Positions 24,301 to 33,597 of a stretch of DNA of 64,000 nucleotides are shown piece after piece. This DNA is from Macrostomum lignano (lineage: Eukaryota): contig NIVC01000073.1 in the NCBI GenBank assembly GCA_002269645.1, positions 1 through 64,000 of the forward strand, given 5' to 3'. The position numbers were made by a program, and so were the translations under genes. The notes under the pieces are model-generated. The model was not told the DNA's origin and did no database searches. It was given only the letters and a program-made list of their open reading frames with translations. The first letter of the stretch is position 1, and each line of letters opens with the position of its first letter.

Positions 24301-27300
24301 GGGTTGCTGGTCTCATTGGAGGGTTGCGTGTCTCATTGGAGGGTTGCGTGTCTCATTGGAGGGTTGTGTGTCTCATTGGAGGGTTGCTGGTCTCATTAGA
24401 GGGTTGCTGGTCTCATTGGAGGGTTGCCGGTCTCATTGGAGGGTTGTGTGTCTCCTTGAAGGGTTGTGTGTCTCATTGGAGGGTTGCTGGTCTCATTAGA
24501 GGGTTGCTGGTCTCATTGGAGGGTTGCGGGTCTCATTGGAGGGTTGTGTGTCTCATTGGAGGGTTGCTGGTCTCATTGGAGGGTTGCGGGTCTCATTGGA
24601 GGGTTGCTGGTCTCATTAGAGGGTTGCTGGTCTCATTGGAGGGTTGCGTGTCTCATTGGAGGGTTGTGTGTCTCATTCGAGGGTTGTGTGTCTCATTGGA
24701 GGGTTGTGTGTTTCATTGGAGGGTTGCTGGTCTCATTGGAGGGTAGCGGGTCTCATTGGAGGGTTTCCGGTCTCATTGGAGGCTTGTGTGTCTCATTGGA
24801 GGGTTGCTGGTCTTATTGGAGGGTAGCGGGTCTCATTGAAGGGTTGCGGGTCTCATTGGAGGGTTGCTGGTCTCATTGAAGGGTTGCGGGTTTCATTGGA
24901 GGATTGCGGGTCTCATTGGAGGGTTGTGTGTCTCATTGGGGGGTTGCTGGTCTCATTAGAGGGTTGCTGGTCTCATTGGAGGGTTGCGTGTCTCATTGGA
25001 GGGTTGTGTGTCTCATTGGAGGGTTGTGTGTCTCATTGGAGGGTTGCGGGTTTCATTGGAGGATTGCGGGTCTCATTGGAGGGTTGTGTGTCTCATTGGG
25101 GGGTTGCTGGTCTCATTAGAGGGTTGCTGGTCTCATTGGAGGGTTGCGTGTCTCATTGGAGGGTTGTGTGTTTCATTGGAGGGTTGTGTGTCTCATTGGA
25201 GGGTTGTATGTCTCATTGGAGGGTTGTGTGTCTCATTGGAGGGTTGTGTGTCTCATTGGAGGGTTGTGTGTCTCATTGGAGGGTTGTGTGTCTCATTGGA
25301 GGGTTGTGTGTCTCATTGGAGGGTTGTGTGTCTCATTGGAGGGTTGTGTGTCTCATTGGAGGGTTGTGTGTCTCATTGGAGGGTTGTGTGTCTCATTGGA
25401 GGGTTGTGTGTCTCATTGGAGGGTTGCTTGTCTCATTGGAGGGTTGCTGGTCTCATTGGAGGGTAGCGGGTCTCATTGGAGGATTGCGGGTCTCATTGGA
25501 GGGTTGTGTGTCTCATTGGAGGGTTGTGTGTCTCATTGGAGGGTTGTGTGTCTCATTGGAGGGTTGCTGGTCTCATTGGAGGGTAGCGGGTCTCATTGAA
25601 GGGTTGTGTCTCATTGGAGGGTTGTGTGTCTCATTGGAGGGTCGCTGGTCTCATTGGAGGGTAGCGGGTCTCATTGGAGGGTTGTGTGTCTCATTGGAGG
25701 GTCGCTGGTCTCATTGGAGGGTAGCGGGTCTCATTGGAGGGTTGTGTGTCTCATTGGAGGGTCGCTGGTCTCATTGGAGGGTAGCGGGTCTCATTGGAGG
25801 GTTGTGTGTCTCATTGGAGGGTCGCTGGTCTCATTGGAGGGTAGCGGGTCTCATTGGAGGGTTGTGTGTCTCATTCGAGGGTTGTGTGTCTCATTGGAGG
25901 GTTGTGTGTCTCATTGGAGGGTTGTGTGTCTCATTGGAGGGTCGCTGGTCTCATTGGAGGGTAGCGGGTCTCATTGGAGGGTTGTGTGTCTCATTGGAGG
26001 GTTGTGTGTCTCATTGGAGGGTTGCGGGTCTCATTGGAGGGTTGTGTGTCTCATTGGAGGATTGCGGGTCTCATTGGAGGGTTGCGGGTCTCATTGGAGG
26101 GTAGCGGGTCTCATTGGAGGGTTGTGTGTCTCATTCGAGGGTTGTGTGTCTCATTGGAGGGTTGTGTGTCTCATTGGAGGGTTGTGTGTCTCATTGGAGG
26201 GTCGCTGGTCTCATTGGAGGGTAGCGGGTCTCATTGGAGGGTTGTGTGTCTCATTGGAGGGTTGTGTGTCTCATTGGAGGGTTGCGGGTCTCATTGGAGG
26301 GTTGTGTGTCTCATTGGAGGATTGCGGGTCTCATTGGAGGGTTGCTGGTCTCATTGAAGGGTTCTGGTCTGATTGGAGGGTAGCAGGACCAACTGGAGGG
26401 TAGTGGAAGCAACTGGAGGGTAGTGGAAGCAACTGGAGGGTAGTGGAAGCAACTGGAGGGTAGTGGAAGCAACTGGAGGGTAGTGGAAGCAACTGGAGGG
26501 TAGTGGAAGCAACTGGAGGGAAGTGGAAGCAACTGGAGGGTAGTGGAAGCAACTGGAGGGTACTGGAAGCAACTGGAGGGTACTGGAACCAACTGGAGGG
26601 TACTGGAAGCAACTGGAGGGTAGTGGAAGCAACTGGAGGGTAGCGGTAGCAACTGGAGGGTACTGGAAGCAACTGGAGGGTACTGGAAGCAACTGGAGGG
26701 TACTGGAAGCAACTGGAGGGTAGTGGAAGCAACTGGAGGGTAGTGGAAGCAACTGGAGGGTAGTGGAAGCAACTGGAGGGTAGTGGAAGCAACTGGAGGG
26801 TACTGGAAGCAACTGGAGGGTAGCGGGATTCTACTGAAGGGTGGCAAAGACAAACTGCAGCTGACGCTCACCACCTTCACAGATCCTTCAACCTGCCAGT
26901 AGTGGTAGCCGTCAACAAGTTCGGCACTGACACCCCAGCCGAGCTGGAAGCGGTTGTCAACGCCGCCAAAGCTTGCGGAGCCGCTGACGCGGTGATCTGC
27001 AATCACTGGGCCGAAGGCGGTCGCGGAGCTGACGCTCTAGCCAGAGCGCTGATGGCTCTGCCAGGCGGTAGCCAGCTGGGCTACCTGTACTCGCTTGACG
27101 ATGGTCTGGAAGCTAAAATGACCGCCATCGCTAAGCGGGTGTACGGTGCGGATGGTGTGCAGCTGACAGATTCAGCTAGGCAGCAATTGGATCGCCTGAC
27201 TGAGCTGGGCTATGCCAGTGAGTACCGATCTCTCGTTTGTGCTGAGTGATTTAGAACTGGAATGGTTGTAGTGGTGAAATATAGTCAGATTCTCGGTTTT

Positions 27301-29132
27301 CAGATTAGTTGGGCTCTTTAATTAGATTAGATCATCCTAAGGCCTCAGGTAGGAACCTAAATTAGATTAGATCATCCTCAGACCTCAGGTAGGAACCTAA
27401 ATTAGATTAGATCCTCAGGTGGGGTCCTAATTTAGATAAGATCCTCAGGTGGGGTCCTAAATTAGATTAGTTCCTCAGGTGGGCTCCTAAATTAGATTAG
27501 ATCCTCAGGTGGGGTCCTAAATTAGATAAGATCCTCAGGTGGGGTCCTAAATTAGATAAGATCCTCAGGTGGGGTCCTAAATTAGATAAGATCCTCAGGT
27601 GGGGTCCTAAATTGAATTAGATCCTCAGGTGGGGTCCTAAATTGGATTAGATTCTCAGGTGGGGTCCTAAATTGGATTAGATCCTCAGGTAGGAATCTAA
27701 GTTGGATTAGATCCTCAGGTAGGAATCTAAATTGGATTAGATCCTCAGGTAGGAATCTAAATTGGATTAGATCCTCAGGTAGGAATCTAAATTGGATTAG
27801 ATCCTCAGTAGGAATCTAAATTAGATTAGATCCTCAGGTAGGAATCTAAATTGGATTAGATCCTCAGGTAGGAATCTAAGTTGGATTAGATCCTCAGGTA
27901 GGAATCTAAATTGGATTAGATCCTCAGGTAGGAATCTAAATTGGATTAGATCCTCAGGTAGGAATCTAAATTGGATTAGATCCTCAGGTAGGAATCTAAG
28001 TTGGATTAGATCCTCAGGTAGGAATCTAAGTTGGATTAGATCCTCAGATAGGGATCTTAATTAGATTAGATCCTCAGGTGGGGTCCTAAATTAGATTAGA
28101 TCCTCAGGTGGGAACCTAAATTAGATTAGATCCTCAGGTGGGGTCCTAAATTAGATTAGATTCTCAGGTAGGGATCTAAATTGGATTAGATCCTCAGGTG
28201 GGGTCCTAAATTGGATTAGATCCTCAGGTAGGAATCTAAATTGGATTAGATCCTCAGGTAGGAATCTAAGTTGGATTAGATCCTCAGGTAGGAATCTAAG
28301 TTGGATTAGATCCTCAGATAGGGATCTTAATTAGATTAGATCCTCAGGTGGGGTCCTAAATTAGATTAGATCCTCAGGTGGGAACCTAAATTAGATTAGA
28401 TCCTCAGGTGGGGTCCTAAATTAGATTAGATTCTCAGGTAGGGATCTAAATTGGATTAGATCCTCAGGTGGGGTCCTAAATTGGATTAGATCCTCAGGTA
28501 GGAATCTAAGTTGGATTAGATCCTCAGGTAGGAATCTAAATTGGATTAGATCCTCAGGTAGGAATCTAAATTGGATTAGATCCTCAGGTAGGAATCTAAG
28601 TTGGATTAGATCCTCAGGTAGGAATCTAAATTGGATTAGATCCTCAGGTAGGAATCTAAGTTGGATTAGATCCTCAGGTAGGAATCTAAGTTGGATTAGA
28701 TTCTCAGGTAGGAATCTAAATTGGATTAGATCCTCAGGTAGGAATCTAAGTTGGATTAGATCCTCAGGTAGGGATCTAAATTGGATTAGATCCTCAGGTA
28801 TAGAGACCTAATAATTAGATCAGCAGTTTGGGTTTAAGCTGTGGACCCCACTAGCACACCTAATCGCAAACGCTCGCACATGAAAACGCGTCACCCCAGA
28901 CCTGCCGGTGTGCATGGCCAAGACCAACTTCAGCCTCAGCGACAACCCCAGCCTAGCTGGCAGGCCAACCGGCTTCACCGTCTGCGTCAGCGACCTGCGC
29001 CTCTCGGCCGGTGCCGGTTTCGTTTTCGCCGTCCTTGGTTCGATCTCCCTGATGCCGGGACTGCCAACCAGGCCATGCTTCTACGATGTGGATCTGGACT
29101 GCGAAACTGGAGAGGTGCTCGGGCTGATGTAA
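1483..29132 (+). CDS. MTHFD1: C1-tetrahydrofolate synthase, trifunctional (methylene-THF dehydrogenase/cyclohydrolase + formyl-THF synthetase); spliced gene model, 933 aa
   Basis: join(1483-1517,8735-8819,9372-9721,10348-10492,13440-13733,15742-15911,17485-17672,17763-18031,18641-19338,26883-27217,28900-29132) = 2802 nt. All introns are GT-AG and phases are consistent. Motifs: [83 protein letters not shown]. Confidence 0.96.
1617..1807. mobile_element. Degenerate MITE-like element
   Basis: CAGGGATGTACCCAAGG ... CCAGGCTACATGCCTT are imperfect inverted ends with internal G/C runs; no clear TSD. Confidence 0.3.
2250..5549 (-). mobile_element. Non-autonomous Helitron-like element, copy A
   Basis: Minus-strand 5' end A|TCTCTACATATAAAAATGAAAACTCTGTCTGTCTGTG; 3' end CCGCGGGTATCAACAGCTTG|T, resembling cgcggg..cagCTAG|T Helitron ends. 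Collinear with copy B. No Rep/helicase ORF. Confidence 0.55.
2535..4300 (+). repeat. Cryptic CT-rich polypyrimidine tract including perfect (CT)n at 3221-3308
   Basis: Almost purely C/T on the + strand; source of the spurious Leu/Ser ORFs. Confidence 0.95.
6734..7030. mobile_element. 297-bp hAT-type MITE
   Basis: 14-bp TIR CATACATGCGCAAC / GTTGCGCAAGTATG (1 mismatch) and exact 8-bp TSD CTCTCTCC (6726-6733, 7031-7038). The TSD lies in low-complexity DNA. Confidence 0.8.
6840..6903 (-). other. 28S rRNA-derived fragment (R2/I-PpoI target region), copy 1
   Basis: About 80% similar to the reverse complement of GGGTAAACGGCGGGAGTAACTATGACTCTCTTAAGGTAGCCAAATGCCTCGTCATCTAATTAGT (28S consensus recalled from memory). 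Confidence 0.8.
8735..8819 (+). CDS. MTHFD1: MTHFD1 exon 2 (DVKSAIK...FTPGLAIVQ)
   Basis: ttcttttTAG acceptor and CAG|GTTGGT donor; 85 nt restores the frame. Confidence 0.9.
9206..9275 (-). other. 28S rRNA-derived fragment, copy 2
   Basis: CTAATTAGCTGACGAGGCATT...CATAGTTACTCTTGCCGTTGACCTACGCTTG. Confidence 0.75.
9372..9721 (+). CDS. MTHFD1: MTHFD1 exon 3 ([10 protein letters not shown]...CLELIQSP)
   Basis: ORF 9366-9725 with VQLP and KDVDG; AG|GTAGTC donor. The exact donor is slightly uncertain. Confidence 0.9.
9775..10313. repeat. 35-nt minisatellite (CTTCATAAACCTTCCCTTCATAGTCCTCATGGTGT), about 15 units, MTHFD1 intron 3
   Basis: Directly visible tandem array. Confidence 0.95.
10348..10492 (+). 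CDS. MTHFD1: MTHFD1 exon 4 (GAGLASLAG...GRSKIVG...[10 protein letters not shown])
   Basis: ttgCAG acceptor, CAG|GTGAGT donor, NADP-binding GRS motif. Not in the ORF track. Confidence 0.92.
10775..11970 (+). mobile_element. 5'-truncated, decayed non-LTR retrotransposon (RTE-like reverse transcriptase) in MTHFD1 intron 4
   Basis: [34 protein letters not shown] and [10 protein letters not shown] motifs; in-frame stop, frameshifts, YADD segment missing; (TTG)n 3' tail at about 11957. Confidence 0.88.
12565..13347. repeat. 34/38-nt minisatellite (CTTCATAAACCTTTATTCATAGTTTTCATAGTGT), MTHFD1 intron 4
   Basis: Tandem array with two alternating unit variants. Confidence 0.95.
13440..13733 (+). CDS. 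MTHFD1: MTHFD1 exon 5 ([10 protein letters not shown]...[11 protein letters not shown]...LAGQ)
   Basis: ORF 13401-13757; cccCAG acceptor and CAG|GTTGGT donor. Confidence 0.93.
13826..15592. repeat. 27-nt minisatellite (GTCAGTAGCTTACTAATTGATTTTTAG), about 65 units, MTHFD1 intron 5
   Basis: Highly homogeneous tandem array. Confidence 0.97.
15742..15911 (+). CDS. MTHFD1: MTHFD1 exon 6 (TWKLSG...[10 protein letters not shown]...[10 protein letters not shown])
   Basis: ccgCAG acceptor, AA|GTGAGT donor; start of the FTHFS domain. Confidence 0.92.
15956..17452. repeat. 51-nt then 24/26-nt minisatellite (GTGTCAGATAGCGCCATGACATAG), MTHFD1 intron 6
   Basis: Tandem array with a 242-nt higher-order period. 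Confidence 0.96.
17485..17672 (+). CDS. MTHFD1: MTHFD1 exon 7 (ILDRL...[12 protein letters not shown]...GPTFGVK)
   Basis: tttCAG acceptor, G|GTGTGT donor; P-loop-like GEGKST motif. Confidence 0.93.
17763..18031 (+). CDS. MTHFD1: MTHFD1 exon 8 ([13 protein letters not shown]...ELTAEE)
   Basis: Follows a 90-nt intron; GAG|GTTAGT donor. Confidence 0.93.
18100..18618. repeat. 46-nt minisatellite (AGTGTACATGTACAAGTGTGTACAATGTACAGCTACAGTACAGAAG), about 11 units, MTHFD1 intron 8
   Basis: Tandem array; each unit contains the palindrome TGTACATGTACA. Confidence 0.96.
18641..19338 (+). CDS. MTHFD1: MTHFD1 exon 9 ([11 protein letters not shown]...NLAQHVAIV)
   Basis: ctgcCAG acceptor, AG|GTTAGC donor; [11 protein letters not shown] and GPFANIAHG motifs. 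Confidence 0.94.
19345..26360. repeat. 7-kb 20-nt satellite (TCTCATTGGAGGGTTGTGTG and variants), about 350 units, MTHFD1 intron 9
   Basis: Tandem array without spacers. Confidence 0.98.
26390..26825. repeat. 20-nt minisatellite (CAACTGGAGGGTAGTGGAAG), about 22 units
   Basis: Abuts the 7-kb array and shares the TGGAGGGT core. Confidence 0.95.
26883..27217 (+). CDS. MTHFD1: MTHFD1 exon 10 ([13 protein letters not shown]...HWAEGG...ELGYA)
   Basis: cttcaCAG acceptor, A|GTGAGT donor. Confidence 0.93.
27318..28800. repeat. 30-nt minisatellite (GTAGGAATCTAAATTGGATTAGATCCTCAG), about 49 units, MTHFD1 intron 10
   Basis: Tandem array with two sub-variants. Confidence 0.96.
28900..29132 (+). CDS. MTHFD1: MTHFD1 terminal coding exon 11 (LPVCMAKT...GEVLGLM*)
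   Basis: cccCAG acceptor, TAA stop; conserved FTHFS C-terminus. Confidence 0.94.
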
Positions 29133-29180
29133 TTTTACACTGTTGAAGTGACGAAGCGTCACTAGGGCCAGGTTTTTGGC

Positions 29181-30630
29181 AGGTAGATTCAGATTCCAGC
29201 AGGTAGATTCAGGTCAGGTAGATTCAGGTCAGGTAGATTCAGATCGGATTCCATCAGGTAGATTCAGATCAGATTCCATCAGGTAGATTCAGGTCAGATT
29301 CCATCAGGTAGATTCAGGTCAGATTCCATCAGGTAGATTCAGGTCAGATTCCATCAGGTAGATTCAGATCAGATTCCATCAGGTAGATTCAGATCAGATT
29401 CCATCAGGTAGATTCAGATCAGATTCCATCAGGTAGATTCAGGTCAGATTCCATCAGGTAGATTCAGATCAGATTCCATCAGGTAGATTCAGGTCAGGTA
29501 GATTCAGATCGGATTCCATCAGGTAGATTCAGGTCAGATTCCATCAGGTAGATTCAGGTCAGGTAGATTCAGGTCAGGTAGATTCAGGTCAGGTAGATTC
29601 AGATCAGATTCCATCAGGTAGATTCATGTCAGGTAGATTCAGGTCAGATTCCACAGGTAGATCTAGGTCAGGTAGATTCAGGTCAGGTAGATTCAGGTCA
29701 GGTAGATTCAGATCAGATTCCATCAGGTAGATTCATGTCAGGTAGATTCAGGTCAGATTCCACAGGTAGATTTAGGTCAGGTAGATTCAGGTCAGGTAGA
29801 TTCAGGTCAGGTAGATTCAGATTCCATCAGGTAGATTCAGGTCAGGTAGATTCAGGTCAGGTAGATTCAGGTCAGATTCCATCAGGTAGATTCATGTCAG
29901 GTAGATTCAGGTCAGATTCCACAGGTAGATTTAGGTCAGGTAGATTCAGGTCAGGTAGATTCAGATTCCATCAGGTAGAATCAGGTCAGGTAAATCAGAT
30001 TCAATCAGGTAGATTTAGGTCAGATAGATTCAGGTCAGGTAGATTCAGGTCAGGTAGATTCAGATCAGATTCCATCAGGTAGATTCATGTCAGGTAGATT
30101 CAGGTCAGATTCCACAGGTAGATTTAGGTCAGGTAGATTCAGGTCAGGTAGATTCAGATTCCATCAGGTAGATTCGGGTCAGGTAGATCCAGATTCCATC
30201 AGGTAGATTCAGGTCAGGTAGATTCGGGTCAGGTAGATCCAGATTCCATCAGGTAGATTTAGGTCAGGTAGATTCAGATTAGGTAGATTCAGGTCAGGTA
30301 GATCCAGATTCCATCAGGTAGATTCAGATTAGGCAGATTCGGGTCAGGTAGATCCAGATTCCATCAGGTAGATTCAGATTAGGCAGATTCGGGTCAGGTA
30401 GATCCAGATTCCATCAGGTAGATTCAGATTAGGCAGATTCGGGTCAGGTAGATCCAGATTCCATCAGGTAGATTCAGATTAGGCAGATTCGGGTCAGGTA
30501 GATCCAGATTCCATCAGGTAGATTCAGATTAGGCAGATTCGGGTCAGGTAGATCCAGATTCCATCAGGTAGATTCAGATTAGGCAGATTCGGGTCAGGTA
30601 GATCCAGATTCCATCAGGTAGATTCAGATT
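29181..30630. repeat. Compound repeat of CAGGTAGATT/CAGGT/CAGATTCCAT modules just 3' of the MTHFD1 stop
   Basis: Starts about 50 nt after TAA; homogeneous 39-nt units at its distal end. Confidence 0.94.
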
Positions 30631-31689
30631 ATATCCAGTAAAGTTAGTTTGAGCAGATTCACAGACCATTCAGCGCCCCAAACTGAAACCATTTAATTTT
30701 TAATTGTTTCGAATTAATTTTTTTGTAAATCTGATCGAAGTTTTCGCATAACGTCAGTTCATTTTTCATTTAAAAACCAGTTTTGCAATATAATTCGGAG
30801 TTGCGCAGAAATATAAACCAATAAATTTAATGTTTTTGCTTAGTGTTTTTATATTCGATTTCTTACTGCGAACCTTATAGCTTCATGATTATGATTAAAT
30901 TTAGCTATTCGAAGCTGAGCCATAAAATGGTTCGCATTTTTCCAGTACCGCCTAGTTATAATTTTATCCGGTGTTTGCTAATCAATTAAAACAAACAATA
31001 CTTCCCCAAGCACACTATAAAATTGATCTATTCGTTTCAATTTATTTTCTCCGTAATATTTCAATGTTTTGAAAGTAAATATATTAATAAAATTGTTTTT
31101 TTCGTTTGATTACTATTAGTAATATAGCTTCTTTAGTTATGATTAAATCTTCTTGAGCACTAAATATTGATTCTCAGTTGCTCTTTTGGGTCTGTCCAAT
31201 AGCGGCATCTTGCTGACCTGGGGAAGGTGGGGTGGGGACTTTAAAATGAAGCTACTCAGCTCATTCCCTACTCATGACTTCTCTGCCCCTTTGAGCAGCA
31301 CTCCTTGCAACTGAGCGGATTACCGGACAGGTAAGTATAGATGTTATGTTAAAGCATATCCAGCCAAATGCAATGCCGCCTTTAATATTAGAATAATTTT
31401 AGCATCTAATCTTCGGTATTCGCAGCCAAAGAGCATAATTTACACAATGAACATCTGATGTACATGTACCTTAATTACATGCAAGTAGCCTGGTGCAACG
31501 CCTTCGGCGGCATCGTCCCCAACCAGCGCTGAGGAAATTAATTCCGCCCATTCCCCTGACTCTGAGCACATTCTTGTACAAGCGCACCAGTACACTGCAC
31601 GCTGGCACGCAATCCCATACACGCTCTAGCTCGTACACAACAGAATTCGCATTATCATCATCATTCCATACGATGTATACCGACCTGTA

Positions 31690-32654
31690 CTTCGGGTGTG
31701 TCATAAATAATGTCACTGCAGGCCTCTGTCTAAAATATGTAGGCACATGGACTTGTGGGTAGTGTAGCTGCAAAGTATACTTAGTGAAGCAATAGCAGTG
31801 CATTTGAGACGTGCATAGGTTGTTTATGGCCCAAGCTATCGCAAGAATACGCCAAGCAGATTTAGCAAGTGCAACGCAATGAAAAATCATCTATGCAGCA
31901 AACAAAAATCATCATGAATCTTGACAAGACGCCTGCACCAAGCAGATCCGCAAGGTGTTTAGCAGCCGTGGCTTGAATGACATCCTAAACTGCCTGGTTG
32001 CTGAGGATGAAAGCTGGCTCCACCTGGATGGCAAGGGCAGCAAGGCAGACAATCGCTGCTGGCTGGGAGCTTGGGACTTCAGGCCGATGGTGACTAGGAA
32101 GTCCATCTCGGACAAGACCATGCTGCTGGTAGCCTTCACGCCAAACAAACGAGTCTCCATCTGCACAACTGCACCGAACACCAAGGTCGATGGCCAGTAC
32201 TTTATCGACTTTTTCCGGCACACTGGGGACCTCTGGTGCAATCTCCGGTCAAATCCATGTCACATGGACGAGGTTCTGTGGCAGATGGACACCGAACGGC
32301 TGCACACCTGAAGGCTGTTTCGAATTTTCCGCCTGCACGGCAAGTGAATATGCTCTGACAGTCCCTACAGCCCAGACTTCAACTTTTGCAAGAGATTCCT
32401 GTTCAAATGGCTGAAGGCTGACTTTTCCAAGAAGAGTTTCGCAAACCATGAAGAGGTCAAACAGGCTGCGTTGCACTGGTTATGGCAGTTGGAGGAAAAA
32501 CACCTGCAGGCTGAGGTGGACAAGCTGTATGAGCACTGCCAGAGGGTGATTGATATTGGGGACTCTATGTTGTTAAGTGGTACAGTTTTGTTCATCTGCG
32601 ATTGCAAGTTCGTCTGTTTTCACATCAGTGACATTACTTATGACACACTCGAAG
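31690..32654 (+). mobile_element. Defective mariner (DD34D-type) transposon, 965 bp
   Basis: 29-bp TIRs CTTCG(G/A)GTGTGTCATAA(A/G)TAATGTCACTG and TA TSD on both sides. Decayed transposase with AEDESW, WQMDT (for HDNARPH) and SPYSPDFN motifs, plus stops. Confidence 0.9.
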
Positions 32655-33088
32655 TATATTAAAATGCAAGCTAAATCCCACACGTTCATGTAGCAATCAA
32701 GAAAGATTGTTAAAGCCATTGTTGCATCACGTGCTTTTATATTACAATTTACAAAGGCTAAAAGAATAATTTTATTACATCTATGCAGACTGGCGCGGGG
32801 TAGGACTCCTCTACCTTTGCAGTCTATTCAATAGTGTTCATTCAACTCGCTAGGCTTGAACCCATGGAACTTTGCAGCTTATTGAGAGAAGCGTATTGAC
32901 AAGCGGCCGCGGCCATTGTGCAGCGCAGTCAACTTCCTGGCGTCCGCCTTAGCAACTAGCAGCAGGCATGGTAGCTCCCCATTATTATTATCAGCACACA
33001 TTGCGTATTCTAGCGAAATCTTTATCTTATTCAATTGAGTTTTAGCTAGAATTTTGTACTTTACCGGTATATTTACCGTTTTTAAAAA

Positions 33089-33225
33089 GGGCGCTGTAGC
33101 CTAGTTGGTTTAGAGCGCCGGACTCAGGACTTAAAGGTCGGGGGTTCGATTCCCGATTCCACACGGAACAATTTATGTCCTTGAGCAAGACACTTAATTC
33201 TCTGCATTGCTTCAGTTCTCGAATA
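33089..33225 (+). mobile_element. tRNA-derived SINE with CORE/V-SINE-like central domain
   Basis: A box TAGCCTAGTTGG, B box GGTTCGATTCC, then TGTCCTTGAGCAAGACACTTAA...CTTCAG resembling the CORE motif; no proper tRNA acceptor stem. Confidence 0.75.
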
Positions 33226-33393
33226 TCTGCGAAGTAAAGAATGACAATAGCTGCGACTGAGCTGTCGGTTGCACATCTGGCATTATTGGTTCCGGTGTAG
33301 TCAATTATTATAATCCATCCTCTACCCGTTTCTATACCGTTTATAAAATCCGCACAGATTTGAGAAGACAAACTGCTGCAAAGCTGACAGACC

Positions 33394-33597
33394 ATGATGA
33401 CAATATCTGGAGAAAACCTGGCCTTGGTCATCGCTCTGTCTTTGCTGGCTTTCATCGGCTTACTGTCGGGCCTTGCTCTCGGCTGCAGCGCTTGCAAGAC
33501 AAGACCCTGGCGACAGGCGAGAGCAGCAGGCGTTGCTGCTGCAGACCAGCAAGAGTCCAACTCTAGAAGCAGCAACAACAATGCCCCAGGCAGATAA
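33394..33597 (+). CDS. Candidate 67-aa single-pass membrane microprotein
   Basis: ACCATG start, CAG acceptor at 33357, in-frame stop upstream, hydrophobic stretch LALVIALSLLAFIGLLSGLALG followed by CSACKTR, AATAAA at 33763. No recognised homologue. Confidence 0.45.
   Translation: MMTISGENLALVIALSLLAFIGLLSGLALGCSACKTRPWRQARAAGVAAADQQESNSRSSNNNAPGR

Noticed and set aside
19350-26812. Dozens of long overlapping ORFs ([16 protein letters not shown]..., up to 883 aa)
   Set aside because: These are translations of a stop-poor 20-nt satellite that is open in several frames at once and lies inside a phase-consistent MTHFD1 intron.
13826-30630. CRISPR-like appearance of regular 20-46 nt repeats
   Set aside because: The units are contiguous with no unique spacers, there are no cas genes, and the context is a eukaryotic intron.
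33089-33160. Functional tRNA gene
   Set aside because: A and B boxes are present, but the acceptor stem does not close and a SINE core follows.
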